Origin: Clostridia bacterium
Lineage (GTDB): Bacteria > Bacillota > Clostridia > JAAYHZ01
NCBI GenBank assembly: GCA_050950825.1
Contig: JBMNIH010000004.1
Location: forward strand, 224,001-288,000
Direction: 5' to 3'
DNA length: 64,000 nt
Shown: in pieces, positions 34,454-43,939 of the stretch
Position numbering within the stretch: position 1 is the first letter of the stretch
Layout: each line of letters starts with the position of its first letter
Translations under genes and position numbers: made by a program
The notes under the pieces: model-generated
The model's input: only the letters and a program-made list of their open reading frames with translations
Databases searched by the model: none
Told to the model about the DNA's origin: nothing

Positions 34454-35665
34454 ATGCAAAAAATAAAGATGGTTACGCCGCTTGTGGAGATCGACGGAGA
34501 CGAAATGACGCGTATATTATGGCAAATGATAAAAGACAAGCTGCTGTACCCTTATATCGATTTAAAGACCGAATACTACGATTTGGGATTAAAACATAGA
34601 GATGAAACGGACGATCAAGTGACGGTCGACGCGGCGTATGCCATTAAGAAATACGGCGTCGGCGTTAAATGTGCCACCATCACGCCGGATGCGTCTCGAA
34701 TCAAAGAATACGGATTGAAAAAAATGTGGAAGAGCCCTAACGGCACGATTAGAGCGATTCTTGACGGTACCGTTTTTCGTGCTCCCATTTTAGTGAAGAA
34801 TATAAAGCCGATGGTAAGCGGTTGGGAAGAGCCGATAATCATAGCAAGACATGCCTACGGAGATGTATATAAGGGAGTGGAATTTAAAGCAACCGGTAAA
34901 GGCAAAGCCGAAATGGTGTTTACGGACGAAAACGGCCAAGAAACCCGACAGACCATTCACGAATTTGATGAAGAGGGCGGAATCGTCTTATCCATGCATA
35001 ATACCCATAAATCGATTCGAAGCTTTGCTAAGGCTTGCTTCGAATATGCTTTAGGAGAAAAAAGAGACCTTTGGTTTTCTACCAAGCAAACCATTTCCAA
35101 AACCTATGACCATACCTTTATGGACATCTTTAATGAGCTTTATGAAAGCGAGTACAAGGAAGCCTTTGAAAAAGCCGGTATCGAATATTTTTATACGTTA
35201 ATCGACGATGCGGTTGCACGAATTATCCGTTCGAAAGGCGGTATGGTATGGGCTTGCAAGAACTATGACGGTGACGTCATGTCGGATATGGTAGCGACCG
35301 CCTTCGGAAGCTTGGCCATGATGACATCGGTACTTGTATCTCCCGAAGGCCATTACGAATACGAAGCCGCTCACGGTACCGTACAGCGTCATTATTACAG
35401 GCATTTGAAGGGTGAAAAAACATCCACCAACTCCATGGCCACTTTATTCGCTTGGACCGGTGCGCTCAGAAAGCGCGGAGAAAAGGACGGCTTAAAGGAT
35501 TTATGCGAGTTTGCCGATAAGCTTGAAAAAGCCGCTATCAACACCATTGAAAATGGAACCATGACAAAAGACTTGGCTTTGTTGTGTGAAGAAGGCGATT
35601 TAAATGTTGTCAATTCCGAAGAATTTTTAGACGCCATTAAGAATGAGTTGGAAAAAATGTTATAA
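34454..35665 (+). CDS. icd: NADP-dependent isocitrate dehydrogenase
   Basis: [30 protein letters not shown]. Confidence 0.95.
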   Translation: MQKIKMVTPLVEIDGDEMTRILWQMIKDKLLYPYIDLKTEYYDLGLKHRDETDDQVTVDAAYAIKKYGVGVKCATITPDASRIKEYGLKKMWKSPNGTIRAILDGTVFRAPILVKNIKPMVSGWEEPIIIARHAYGDVYKGVEFKATGKGKAEMVFTDENGQETRQTIHEFDEEGGIVLSMHNTHKSIRSFAKACFEYALGEKRDLWFSTKQTISKTYDHTFMDIFNELYESEYKEAFEKAGIEYFYTLIDDAVARIIRSKGGMVWACKNYDGDVMSDMVATAFGSLAMMTSVLVSPEGHYEYEAAHGTVQRHYYRHLKGEKTSTNSMATLFAWTGALRKRGEKDGLKDLCEFADKLEKAAINTIENGTMTKDLALLCEEGDLNVVNSEEFLDAIKNELEKML

Positions 35666-35717
35666 TTAATAACGACATACGAATAATAAATTCAAATATA
35701 GAACAAGGAGAAGGATT

Positions 35718-35927
35718 ATGGCAAAAGTTACATTAGACACAATCATTTCGGACGTATTGAAGATGGATAGAACCACAGCACCGATCTTCATCAAATATGG
35801 AATGCACTGTATCGGATGCCCCGTTGCATCCGCCGAAAGCATTAAAGAAGCTTCTGCTGTTCACGGAATTGATGCCGAGAAGTTAGTGGAAGAATTAAAC
35901 AAACATCTTGATGCCAAAAATGCATAA
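35718..35927 (+). CDS. DUF1858 domain protein
   Basis: GMHCIGCP...ESI...VHG. Confidence 0.85.
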   Translation: MAKVTLDTIISDVLKMDRTTAPIFIKYGMHCIGCPVASAESIKEASAVHGIDAEKLVEELNKHLDAKNA

Positions 35928-36029
35928 ATGGCTATCATAAACAAGCGGCGCAGTCTTCACAAGCTGCGCTTTTGTTTTTATCTAAGAAGTGAAAATCCGT
36001 ATGGAATGAAGCGTAAAAAGGAGTGGCAT

Positions 36030-36551
36030 ATGGAGAATCTGAAACTTGTATTGCCTACCCTTGATATGGAGAAAGAAGCGCTTTCTTACAGGCAAGAGTA
36101 CATTGATTACGGAGAAACCTATATACACGGCAGCGCCGGCTTGATGAAGGAGGAAGATTACAAGCTTTGGGTGGAGAAGATCACGTATGCGCGAACGGAG
36201 AAGATGCCGGAGGGGCTTGTCAACGCTTCCACCTATTTTGCCGTCGTAGGAGACCGGATTGTGGGCACCATTCAGATCCGATACAGGCTGAATGAATTTC
36301 TTCTAAACTACGGTGGCCACATAGGCTACGGCGTCCGTCCGTCGGAACGGCGCAAAGGATATGCAACCGAGATGCTTTCACAAGCTCTTGAAATATGTCG
36401 AAATCTCGGTTTGGAATGCGTTCTTATTACCTGCGACAAAGACAATATCGGTTCGGCACGGACCGTTATGAAAAACGGCGGTATTCTTGAAAACGAAATC
36501 CCTCGAGAAGACGGCGGGATAACCCAACGATATTGGATTACGCTAAAGTAG
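36030..36551 (+). CDS. GNAT family N-acetyltransferase
   Basis: GGHIGYGVRPSERRKGYA, TCDKDNIGS..KNGG; RBS AAGGAG before ATG 36030. Confidence 0.88.
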   Translation: MENLKLVLPTLDMEKEALSYRQEYIDYGETYIHGSAGLMKEEDYKLWVEKITYARTEKMPEGLVNASTYFAVVGDRIVGTIQIRYRLNEFLLNYGGHIGYGVRPSERRKGYATEMLSQALEICRNLGLECVLITCDKDNIGSARTVMKNGGILENEIPREDGGITQRYWITLK

Positions 36552-36570
36552 AAAAATGAATTTACATAAA

Positions 36571-36606
36571 CAAAAGAGCCCGGTCATTTGTATTCGGGCT
36601 CTTTGC
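36571..36606. terminator. Terminator hairpin between convergent genes
   Basis: AAAGAGCCCGG / TCGGGCTCTTT. Confidence 0.7.
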
Positions 36607-36627
36607 GTATGTTGAAAATTTTTAAGT

Positions 36628-38466
36628 TCAGTCGAAAAAAGGTCTTGATCGGTCGATGACGGATCCTACATCGAATAAGTCGGCCAGCATTTCCGGATTG
36701 TTGAACATGCGCACGCCGTCAATGTTTTGTCTGTCCATGATCAAAGCCTTTTCGGTAATGACATGGTAAGGATATCCGCCTACGCCGCAAATCGCTTCGT
36801 ATCCTTGGGAAGTCAAGTATTCGTATTTATCCGATCCCGGCTTAACTTGGTAGCCGAAAGGCGTGATATAGATGTTTGTGGGTCCCGTAATCGGTTCCAC
36901 CTCACGCTTCCAGCGTTCCGTGTCGTGTTCCAGTATGACAAGTTCGAATTCCCCGTCGGAAAAGTCGTCATTATGAGAATAACTGTGATTTGCAAACCGC
37001 CAGCCGGAGGATTTTAAGGCGTCGGCCACGCGCTTTGCTTCTTCGTGTACGGATGCGTAATTCGCCGCATCGGTTAAGTTGGTACGGTAACCCAATACGC
37101 CCTCGTATCCGGTTAAAGCGATGATCCCTTTGGCGCCGAGATAAGAAAAGTCCGGGTGTTTTTCAACGAACGCATCCACGATAGGCATGACATCTCCGTC
37201 GTATGTGATAATTTCGGATCCGTCCGGAGTCGTGACCGCCGTTGCGATCTTTCCTTGATCGTCCACAACGAGACGGCTTGCAAATCCGTCTCCCTTCATG
37301 TACTCATAATAGGAGACGTCGTCAATGGAAAGCACCAAAGGTTTTTTCCCCTTCGGCAGGTACAAATCTTTTTTCTTAACAAGGGTGTGGTCGTTGTCAC
37401 GGTAGGTTTCGAAAAGATCGTTAATATCGACTAATATATAATTTCTTTCATACAGTTGATTCAGTATTTTTACAAACTCATCGACGGTTACCATGTAGTC
37501 GTTGTAGCCTTGGGTTTTGTAATCGCCGTCAAATGCCAATTCCGGATAGACGATCAAGCTGTGGAAGAACACATGATAAATCGGCCCTTGGTAAAGATTC
37601 ATTTCCGCCAATCGGTCTCGGCAGTAGTTTATTTTCTGCAAAAGCTCCGCATTGTCGGGATAATGAGTTTTGGCATTGTTCAGTATGGTTAAGGCATCTT
37701 GGTACCTTTTGCCGTCAATCAGCAATTGCGCTTTTTCCAAAGAATCCTTTAGTATGGCGGCATGGCATTCTTCGATTCTTTTCTGTGCGTCGGTATAGAA
37801 TTGAATATCGCTTTCGGGAACGTTTTGAAAATAGGAGATGGCTTCGGCGTATTCGCCTCTTGCCATGCTGTTCACTCCTTTTTGGTAGTCGGAGCGAGTA
37901 CGGTTCAGGTCTTCTACCGTGTTGATATAGGAGGCGAGTTTATCTTGAAACAATTCAAACAATTGCGCGTTTCTTAAGAAATTGATGGTCGGTTGGTAAT
38001 CGCTCTGTAAACCGATAAAGGACTTGTAGTGATTTTCAATCGACTCTTCCAGAAGCTTTTTTATTTGCTCTTCAAAAACGGTTATTCCTTTTACTCTTTT
38101 GGCGATGCTGTCGTTTACCGTTTCTCCGTAAAGAGATTGGCATAGCAAGTTGTATTCATCCGCTACCTTCCGAGTCATATCGGATATATAGCGGTCGTAT
38201 TTGCCGTCCGTATTGTCTTTAATAACAGAATTTAAAAGATCATAGGCTTTTTGATAATTCCCGTTTTTGATGGATTCGTCAAAGTTTTCGACCCTTGCTT
38301 GGATGTTTGCCATGATCTGCTGCTGTTTTCTTTCCGATTCACCGGCTTGAAATAGTTTTATAGAAACGGATGCCACAAAATAGATTAATAATGCGGCGGC
38401 CAATATAAATCCTATGTTCAAGTATAAATACTTTAGATATGATTGCTTCTTCTTTTTATCTTGCAC
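36628..38466 (-). CDS. Membrane-anchored TPR/helical-stalk protein with C-terminal polysaccharide deacetylase (CE4)-like domain
   Basis: N-terminal TM, TPR-like helices, HVFFHSL, LSIDD, NHSYSH motifs. Confidence 0.7.
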   Translation of the reverse strand: MQDKKKKQSYLKYLYLNIGFILAAALLIYFVASVSIKLFQAGESERKQQQIMANIQARVENFDESIKNGNYQKAYDLLNSVIKDNTDGKYDRYISDMTRKVADEYNLLCQSLYGETVNDSIAKRVKGITVFEEQIKKLLEESIENHYKSFIGLQSDYQPTINFLRNAQLFELFQDKLASYINTVEDLNRTRSDYQKGVNSMARGEYAEAISYFQNVPESDIQFYTDAQKRIEECHAAILKDSLEKAQLLIDGKRYQDALTILNNAKTHYPDNAELLQKINYCRDRLAEMNLYQGPIYHVFFHSLIVYPELAFDGDYKTQGYNDYMVTVDEFVKILNQLYERNYILVDINDLFETYRDNDHTLVKKKDLYLPKGKKPLVLSIDDVSYYEYMKGDGFASRLVVDDQGKIATAVTTPDGSEIITYDGDVMPIVDAFVEKHPDFSYLGAKGIIALTGYEGVLGYRTNLTDAANYASVHEEAKRVADALKSSGWRFANHSYSHNDDFSDGEFELVILEHDTERWKREVEPITGPTNIYITPFGYQVKPGSDKYEYLTSQGYEAICGVGGYPYHVITEKALIMDRQNIDGVRMFNNPEMLADLFDVGSVIDRSRPFFD

Positions 38467-38573
38467 GGCATAACCGCCCTTTCCTTGATATGATACCCTC
38501 TATTATACCACAGGGTCGAATTTTCGTAAAATCCGAAACAAAGTCGGACTTCTTTGTACGGATTTATTCGGAT

Positions 38574-40532
38574 TTATTTGATCAGATCGAAATCGTCAAA
38601 GTCTCCGTCTCCGTCAATTTCCAGTTCGACCAATTGGGGCAACCGGTAGACGAGGTACAAGATATCTTCGCGGTTTACGGGAACATTTACCAAGGAAAGC
38701 CTTTTTAATTGCGTGCATCCGGTAAGAGGAGTTATGTCCTTGATTTGATTACCGTCCAGGATTAAGGTTTCCAAGGAGGTTAAGGCCTCAAAGCCGTCCA
38801 AATCGGTTATGAGGTTATAGGCCAAATTTAAGGTTTCCAGTCTTTTCATAAAGGACAGCACATTAACGTACACGGTATAGTAATTGATATTTACGTGGTA
38901 ATTAATAAAGCGTACTTTGTTCCATGAAAGGTCAAGATGCTTGATTCCCGTGGTATACATCAATGAATCAATAATCATGATCTCGTTATGGGGAAGACTT
39001 AAGGTATTCATATTTTTAAAATATTGTATACCGTCCAAATCGCGAATTTTCCCGCCTTCGGATCCGTCATGGGATATGGCTTCGACTCCTAATGCCCATA
39101 TGGCCGTCATCTCGGCTTTACCCGCAACTTTTTTCACCGTATCAAAAAGGACGGAATCCGGAAAATACAATTCTCCGTCCGTTATCTGATAAATTTGAAG
39201 CATGGTTCCGGTCGATACCGGTTGTCCCGGCTCGTAACCTACATACATGAATTCTCCCGGTAGTCCTTCGTAGGTATGGATACGTATGATACTGTATCTG
39301 CGATAACCGTTATAATGTAAAATGTTTTTAACCTCTTCCTCGTCATTTGTCGTTAAGTTAGGTAAAAAGGCCGCAGTATTCACTTTTAATACAACGGATT
39401 CATCGGAGTTTAAAACCGGTTCTCCGGGAGCGGGAGTCTGCTCTAATACCTTGTTACCGGGGTTATCCTGCAGATAAATATAATCCAATTTATAGGCAAT
39501 GTTGAATTCTTTTAAAACATCTTCGGCATCGGCGAATTGTAAGCCCGTAACGTCCGGCATATACACTTCCTTGTTATTATATATCTCTACCGTAAAATCT
39601 TCCTTTACGGGATGGTTTCCGGTAGCGGGATTTTGCATCGATATAATATTGGGCTTGTAAGCCGCATTATAGGACTCCTTGGCGATATAGTTAAGACCGT
39701 ATCTTTCTAAAGTGCTTACCGCTTCTTCAATCGGCCGCCCCGTTACATTCGGAACATAAACGGCATGATTGACGGTAAGCTTCACCGGAAAATCGCTTTT
39801 TTTAAGAACGGTTCCTGCAGGAATTTCTTGTAATAGGATTTCTCCGGGGGAATCGTCCGTCGAAAAGACCAAGTTTGTTTCATAGGGAATACGGGCTTTG
39901 TTCAGTATTTCCGCCGCCTTATCTATATTCAAGCCCGCAACATCCGGCATTTTCACGGGTTTTGGGAAAAGAATAAGGACCGATACAACAAAAAGGATGG
40001 ATGCCGCAAGGATACCGACCTTTTTCGCTTTTTTCGGTATTCGTTCCCAAAAGGAGACTTTGAATTGAGAAAGAGGCTCGTAAGCAAAATTCTTTTCGGT
40101 ATACTCCATGATAAGATAAGCGGTTTTGTTTTCTTCGAAAACCTGGTAAGCGGACTCCATATTGGATAATCCCGCTTGCTTCGTCAGCAGCACGCCTTCT
40201 TCTAAGAATATCTTTCGTTTTTGAGCGTACAATTCCTGACGATTTTCTTTTACGGTTACTTCCGACGTGTATTTGGAATCGCGGAGCGCTTCATTTTCCG
40301 GAAAGTATTCGACGATCAGAATTTTTTGCAAGAACGCATAATCGTACCCTAAATAGGTGATGTAATTGCGCCCTTTTTTAAGAACCTTTCCGACGATAAA
40401 TCTACCTTTCAGGATTTTATCTTCTTTTAATGAAAACGGAAGCTCTCCCGATCCGTTTATATATCCGCAGTGAGGACAGACATGATCATAACCTTTGTTT
40501 TCCATGCAACCGAAACACATAAAATCCGTCAT
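38574..40532 (-). CDS. Zn-ribbon + truncated Ser/Thr kinase N-lobe + TM + PASTA repeats + leucine-rich repeats
   Basis: CFGC..CPHCG, GRFIVGKVL, EYFP, TAYLIMEY; MPDVAG/VPNVTG/MPDVTG/LPNLT repeats; LxxLxLxxNxIxD repeats. Confidence 0.75.
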   Translation of the reverse strand: MTDFMCFGCMENKGYDHVCPHCGYINGSGELPFSLKEDKILKGRFIVGKVLKKGRNYITYLGYDYAFLQKILIVEYFPENEALRDSKYTSEVTVKENRQELYAQKRKIFLEEGVLLTKQAGLSNMESAYQVFEENKTAYLIMEYTEKNFAYEPLSQFKVSFWERIPKKAKKVGILAASILFVVSVLILFPKPVKMPDVAGLNIDKAAEILNKARIPYETNLVFSTDDSPGEILLQEIPAGTVLKKSDFPVKLTVNHAVYVPNVTGRPIEEAVSTLERYGLNYIAKESYNAAYKPNIISMQNPATGNHPVKEDFTVEIYNNKEVYMPDVTGLQFADAEDVLKEFNIAYKLDYIYLQDNPGNKVLEQTPAPGEPVLNSDESVVLKVNTAAFLPNLTTNDEEEVKNILHYNGYRRYSIIRIHTYEGLPGEFMYVGYEPGQPVSTGTMLQIYQITDGELYFPDSVLFDTVKKVAGKAEMTAIWALGVEAISHDGSEGGKIRDLDGIQYFKNMNTLSLPHNEIMIIDSLMYTTGIKHLDLSWNKVRFINYHVNINYYTVYVNVLSFMKRLETLNLAYNLITDLDGFEALTSLETLILDGNQIKDITPLTGCTQLKRLSLVNVPVNREDILYLVYRLPQLVELEIDGDGDFDDFDLIK

Positions 40533-40638
40533 AGTGCCCCCCGAAAACAGTTGTACCTTTAAGGCTATTATATCATATTCTATCGTTCTTCGGGCTTTTC
40601 CTTGCGGCCGGGATAGGAAGTCATTAAAAGATGAATAA

Positions 40639-40650
40639 ACGTAATTACGT
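40639..40650. promoter_or_regulatory. Perfect 12-bp palindrome (candidate operator) in a divergent promoter region
   Basis: ACGTAATTACGT, 9 bp upstream of TTGACA at 40660. Confidence 0.5.
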
Positions 40651-40727
40651 AAAATCATATTGACAACAACGAGGATGGCTTAGTATTGAATTGCGGAAAT
40701 ACGTAGTAACATAAAAAGGAGGCCGTT

Positions 40728-41351
40728 ATGGAATACGATTGCAGAAAGGAAATCGAAAGACTTCGAAAAGAAATCGAGGATTTGAAGGAGCGATTCGGCC
40801 GAATGGAGCGCATCTCATCGAAGGAACCGCTAAAAAAGCCTCATATTATGAGAAACGAGCAATCGAACCCGGAGTCGAACCGTATTATGGATTCTCTGTT
40901 GGAGATCAGTGAAAAAGAAAACCGTACGGGAAGCGTAACGTGCATGGGGGTTTTCCGGTCGAGCGGAAGGCAATCTCAATGGATTACGGAAAGCCGAAAT
41001 ACGGACGATTTGTTGGCTTTGATTGAAATCAAGTTGGCATCGGCGGTACTGCAGTGCATCGGCAACAGCGACCGCTTGAACTTGCTTCTTACGCTCTTGC
41101 GTACGCCTATGACCGTCGCTTCTTTGGTTGAAAAGTGCGGATTCAATACCACAGGACAAGCGTATCATCATCTCAAGCCGTTAATCGCGGCGGATTTGGT
41201 TTATGAGGTTGAACAAGGAGAAAGAGGCGTTTACGCCGTAAGACCTCATCGGGTGCAAGGTATCATCATGTTATTAGCCGGTATAGCGGATTTGACGGAT
41301 CCGAGATACTCCCGGGGAAATTGGATATCGGATGAAAGAGAAGATAAATAA
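40728..41351 (+). CDS. Winged helix-turn-helix (ArsR-like) regulator with N-terminal coiled coil
   Basis: RLNLLLTLL..PMTVASLV...TTGQAYHHLKPL..ADLV..RGVY. Confidence 0.75.
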   Translation: MEYDCRKEIERLRKEIEDLKERFGRMERISSKEPLKKPHIMRNEQSNPESNRIMDSLLEISEKENRTGSVTCMGVFRSSGRQSQWITESRNTDDLLALIEIKLASAVLQCIGNSDRLNLLLTLLRTPMTVASLVEKCGFNTTGQAYHHLKPLIAADLVYEVEQGERGVYAVRPHRVQGIIMLLAGIADLTDPRYSRGNWISDEREDK

Positions 41352-41416
41352 ATTTTACCGAAATGACGATACGACAAACTTGTTAAAAAACGAATAAAAT
41401 CTTATGATATAATGAT

Positions 41417-41521
41417 TATGCGTTTTATCAATTCGCAACACAAAAAGAAACCACCACAATGTGAATGTGGCGGGTGTTGTAAACTAAAATATATTCGGAC
41501 AAGAGAATTGATAAACGCATA
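41417..41521. other. Long bulged hairpin adjoining the mobile element end (candidate ncRNA or folded target site)
   Basis: TATGCGTTTTATCAATTC / GAATTGATAAACGCATA stem with one extra T; inner GCAACAC/GTGTTGT and CCACCACA/TGTGGCGG. Confidence 0.55.
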
Positions 41522-41728
41522 TTGTACCAAACCGCGTAGGTTCTCATTTTCCCATGGGAATTTTAAAAGGTCAACATCGGTTTGATTCGAACATTTTAGG
41601 CTTAAAAGTACGTTAAAACGGTACTTCGCACCTTGAAAATCGAAGAAAAAGCGGAAAATCGCCTGAAAAAGAGCAAGCTACGCCCTCCCATAAAGGGTCG
41701 TTTTACACGATATTCAGTTGTCAAGAAT

Positions 41729-42886
41729 CTACGGTCCGGTACCGGTAGGCAATAAAGCCGGCTGCGCGTACAAAGAGCGAGGAACCAAAAGAAAAGATTG
41801 GCTTCCGCATTTCGGACAGCGGTCAAGAGGTTCAACTTTGCACTTGGGGAATTCTTGAATAACTCCCGTGGGTGCGGTTGCCTTCAGCAAATCTCTGCAT
41901 AATTCCAAACGCTCTTCTCTTCCTCGGTTGGCAAGCAATCCGTAATGTCGAATTTTCATGAATCCTTTGGGCAACACATGGAGGAGAAAACGGCGTACGA
42001 ACTCGTCTTCGGAAAGCTGCATGATCTTGATTTTGTTGTGATCTTTGTAATCTTTCCAGTGGAAACGCACCGTCTGCGTGTCGGGATTATGAGAAACGAT
42101 TCGGCTGTCCGAGATCGCCACTTTGTGAGTATATCGGCCGAGATACCGTATAACGGCGGAAGCGTCTTTAAACGGTTTCTTGCAATAGCATACCCAATCC
42201 TTGGAGTACAGTAAGTCCAGAAATTGTTGCCTTTTTTGAACGGTATCCAAACCTTCCGTCAATTGAAGGGTGTTATTAACAAAGAATGTTTTCAATTCCT
42301 CGAGGAACTTTCCCCGGAAAACGATGCTGATCGCTTTAAGAGGAAGGAAAAAGGAATCTTTGGAAACAACGAATCGTTTGCGATCGCTGGACAATCCGCC
42401 GCCCGTTACGATACAATGCAAATGGGGATGGAACTGAATGTTTCGCCCCCATGTATGTAAGACGGCGATAAAGCCGGGTTGCGCCCCGAGAAATTTTTCG
42501 TTCTCCGAGAGAGTCAAAACGGTTTGACTAGCGGCACGAAAGAGCAGATTGAACATATTGTCGGGGTTTGCAAGAAACAAGGGATTGAGTTCGGCAGGCA
42601 CGGTGAAAACCACGTGGAAATAGGGTATCGGGAGCGTGTTGGCGACTTGCTTTTCAACCCATTTTCTTTGGTTGGACCCTTGACAAACGGGACAATGTCG
42701 ATTTCGGCAGGAATTGAAATGTGCCTCGGTGTAACCGCAATCGTCACATCGTTGGACGAATCCTCCCATTTCGGGAGTGCGGCACTTACAGATTGCGTCA
42801 ATGACTTTTGTTTTTTGGGGAGAATAGCTTTGGGACGGCAATCTCTCTTTAAAGGACTGAAAGATCTTTTGAATTTTAGAGGACAT
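41729..42886 (-). CDS. IS91-family (HUH/Y2) transposase
   Basis: Zn-binding CRT...CDDC...SCRNRHCPVC, HVVFTVP, HTWG, HPHLH (HUH), YLGRY (Y2), KIRHYGLL. Confidence 0.93.
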   Translation of the reverse strand: MSSKIQKIFQSFKERLPSQSYSPQKTKVIDAICKCRTPEMGGFVQRCDDCGYTEAHFNSCRNRHCPVCQGSNQRKWVEKQVANTLPIPYFHVVFTVPAELNPLFLANPDNMFNLLFRAASQTVLTLSENEKFLGAQPGFIAVLHTWGRNIQFHPHLHCIVTGGGLSSDRKRFVVSKDSFFLPLKAISIVFRGKFLEELKTFFVNNTLQLTEGLDTVQKRQQFLDLLYSKDWVCYCKKPFKDASAVIRYLGRYTHKVAISDSRIVSHNPDTQTVRFHWKDYKDHNKIKIMQLSEDEFVRRFLLHVLPKGFMKIRHYGLLANRGREERLELCRDLLKATAPTGVIQEFPKCKVEPLDRCPKCGSQSFLLVPRSLYAQPALLPTGTGP

Positions 42887-43751
42887 TAAAATCACCTCCG
42901 AAACCGTCAGCCGGACTCTTCACCCCTTGAAGATGCTTCCGTGCCAAGTGCGTGTAACGTTTGGTGGTCCAAATGCTTGCATGACCGAGTAGGGATTGTA
43001 TGACTTCGATATCTTGTCCGGATTCGTAAAGGTGTGTCGCAAAGCTATGGCGTAAAGAATGAATGCACGCATTTTTGCGGATTCCGGCTTTTATTACGGC
43101 ATCATGAAACGCCTTTTGGATTCCCTGCGCTGCCATAGGCTTACCGGAAGAGGCACCCGGGAAAAGATAAGGACCTTCAGGTCTGTAAAGCCTCCAATAA
43201 TCTCGAAGAAGCGTCAAATACTCCGGAGACAGTATCGTATAGCGATCTTTGTTGTTTTTACTTTTTCGAACGGCGATCTGCATATTCTCACTGTCAATAT
43301 CTTTGATTTTTAGATTCAAGGCTTCTCCGAGACGAAGACCTGCAGAATAACAAAGGTATAGAATGACTCTGTATCGAGGGTTTCTTATGTAGGAAAATAT
43401 TCGTTTGATTTCATTTTGCGACAATACGGCAGGCAGTACAGTTTCCTTACGAACACGAGGAAGTAAAGACTCATCAAAAGTTTTTTGCAATCCTACACGG
43501 AAGAAAAGACGTATGGCTGCTCTGACTTGGTTGATGTAATCCGCACTCAAGGATCGCTTAACAAGACCGTGCAAATACAAAAGTACATCTTGCTGAGAGA
43601 TTTGACAGGGATGTTTCTGAACCGTTTGATAAAACTTAATAATTTGTCGCTCATAAAGATAGATTGTTCTTTGAGAATAACGGCAGGTCTCAAGAACAAA
43701 CTTAACATTGTGGAGCGCTTGATCAAAATCGACGGATAAATTTGTTGACAT
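42876..43751 (-). CDS. Tyrosine recombinase/integrase with N-terminal SAM-like domain
   Basis: YSAGLRLGE, K, HSLRHSFATH, LLGH, TTKRYTH catalytic set intact. Confidence 0.93.
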   Translation of the reverse strand: MSTNLSVDFDQALHNVKFVLETCRYSQRTIYLYERQIIKFYQTVQKHPCQISQQDVLLYLHGLVKRSLSADYINQVRAAIRLFFRVGLQKTFDESLLPRVRKETVLPAVLSQNEIKRIFSYIRNPRYRVILYLCYSAGLRLGEALNLKIKDIDSENMQIAVRKSKNNKDRYTILSPEYLTLLRDYWRLYRPEGPYLFPGASSGKPMAAQGIQKAFHDAVIKAGIRKNACIHSLRHSFATHLYESGQDIEVIQSLLGHASIWTTKRYTHLARKHLQGVKSPADGFGGDFNVL

Positions 43752-43939
43752 AACAATACCACCTTTCAAAATCAAATTAATGGGAGCTATTATATACGAT
43801 TTTGAAGGTGATAGGAATTAAATATAAAGGTTAGGACCCGAAAAGGGTAAATACTGTTGAGCTACCGCGCAGCGGTTTGGTACAATTATCGGTTATACGG
43901 GGTTTCTTTAGATACCCTAAATATCATTTGAGGTTTTTT

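Larger units (their letters stand above)
41521..43886 (-). mobile_element. Tyrosine recombinase + IS91-family transposase element bounded by 15-bp inverted repeats
   Basis: ATTGTACCAAACCGC (41521-41535) and GCGGTTTGGTACAAT (43872-43886) flank the two overlapping genes. Confidence 0.8.

Noticed and set aside
41417-41521. Retron msr-msd (end-paired RNA)
   Set aside because: No reverse transcriptase in the window
41418-41585. 55-aa Cys-rich ORF MRFINSQHKKKPPQCECGGCC...
   Set aside because: No RBS, crosses the element boundary and coincides with the hairpin; probably incidental, though leaderless translation is not excluded
42876-43751. Bona fide integron integrase (IntI)
   Set aside because: No IntI-specific insertion is visible before the HxLRH box and there is no cassette array with repeated attC sites
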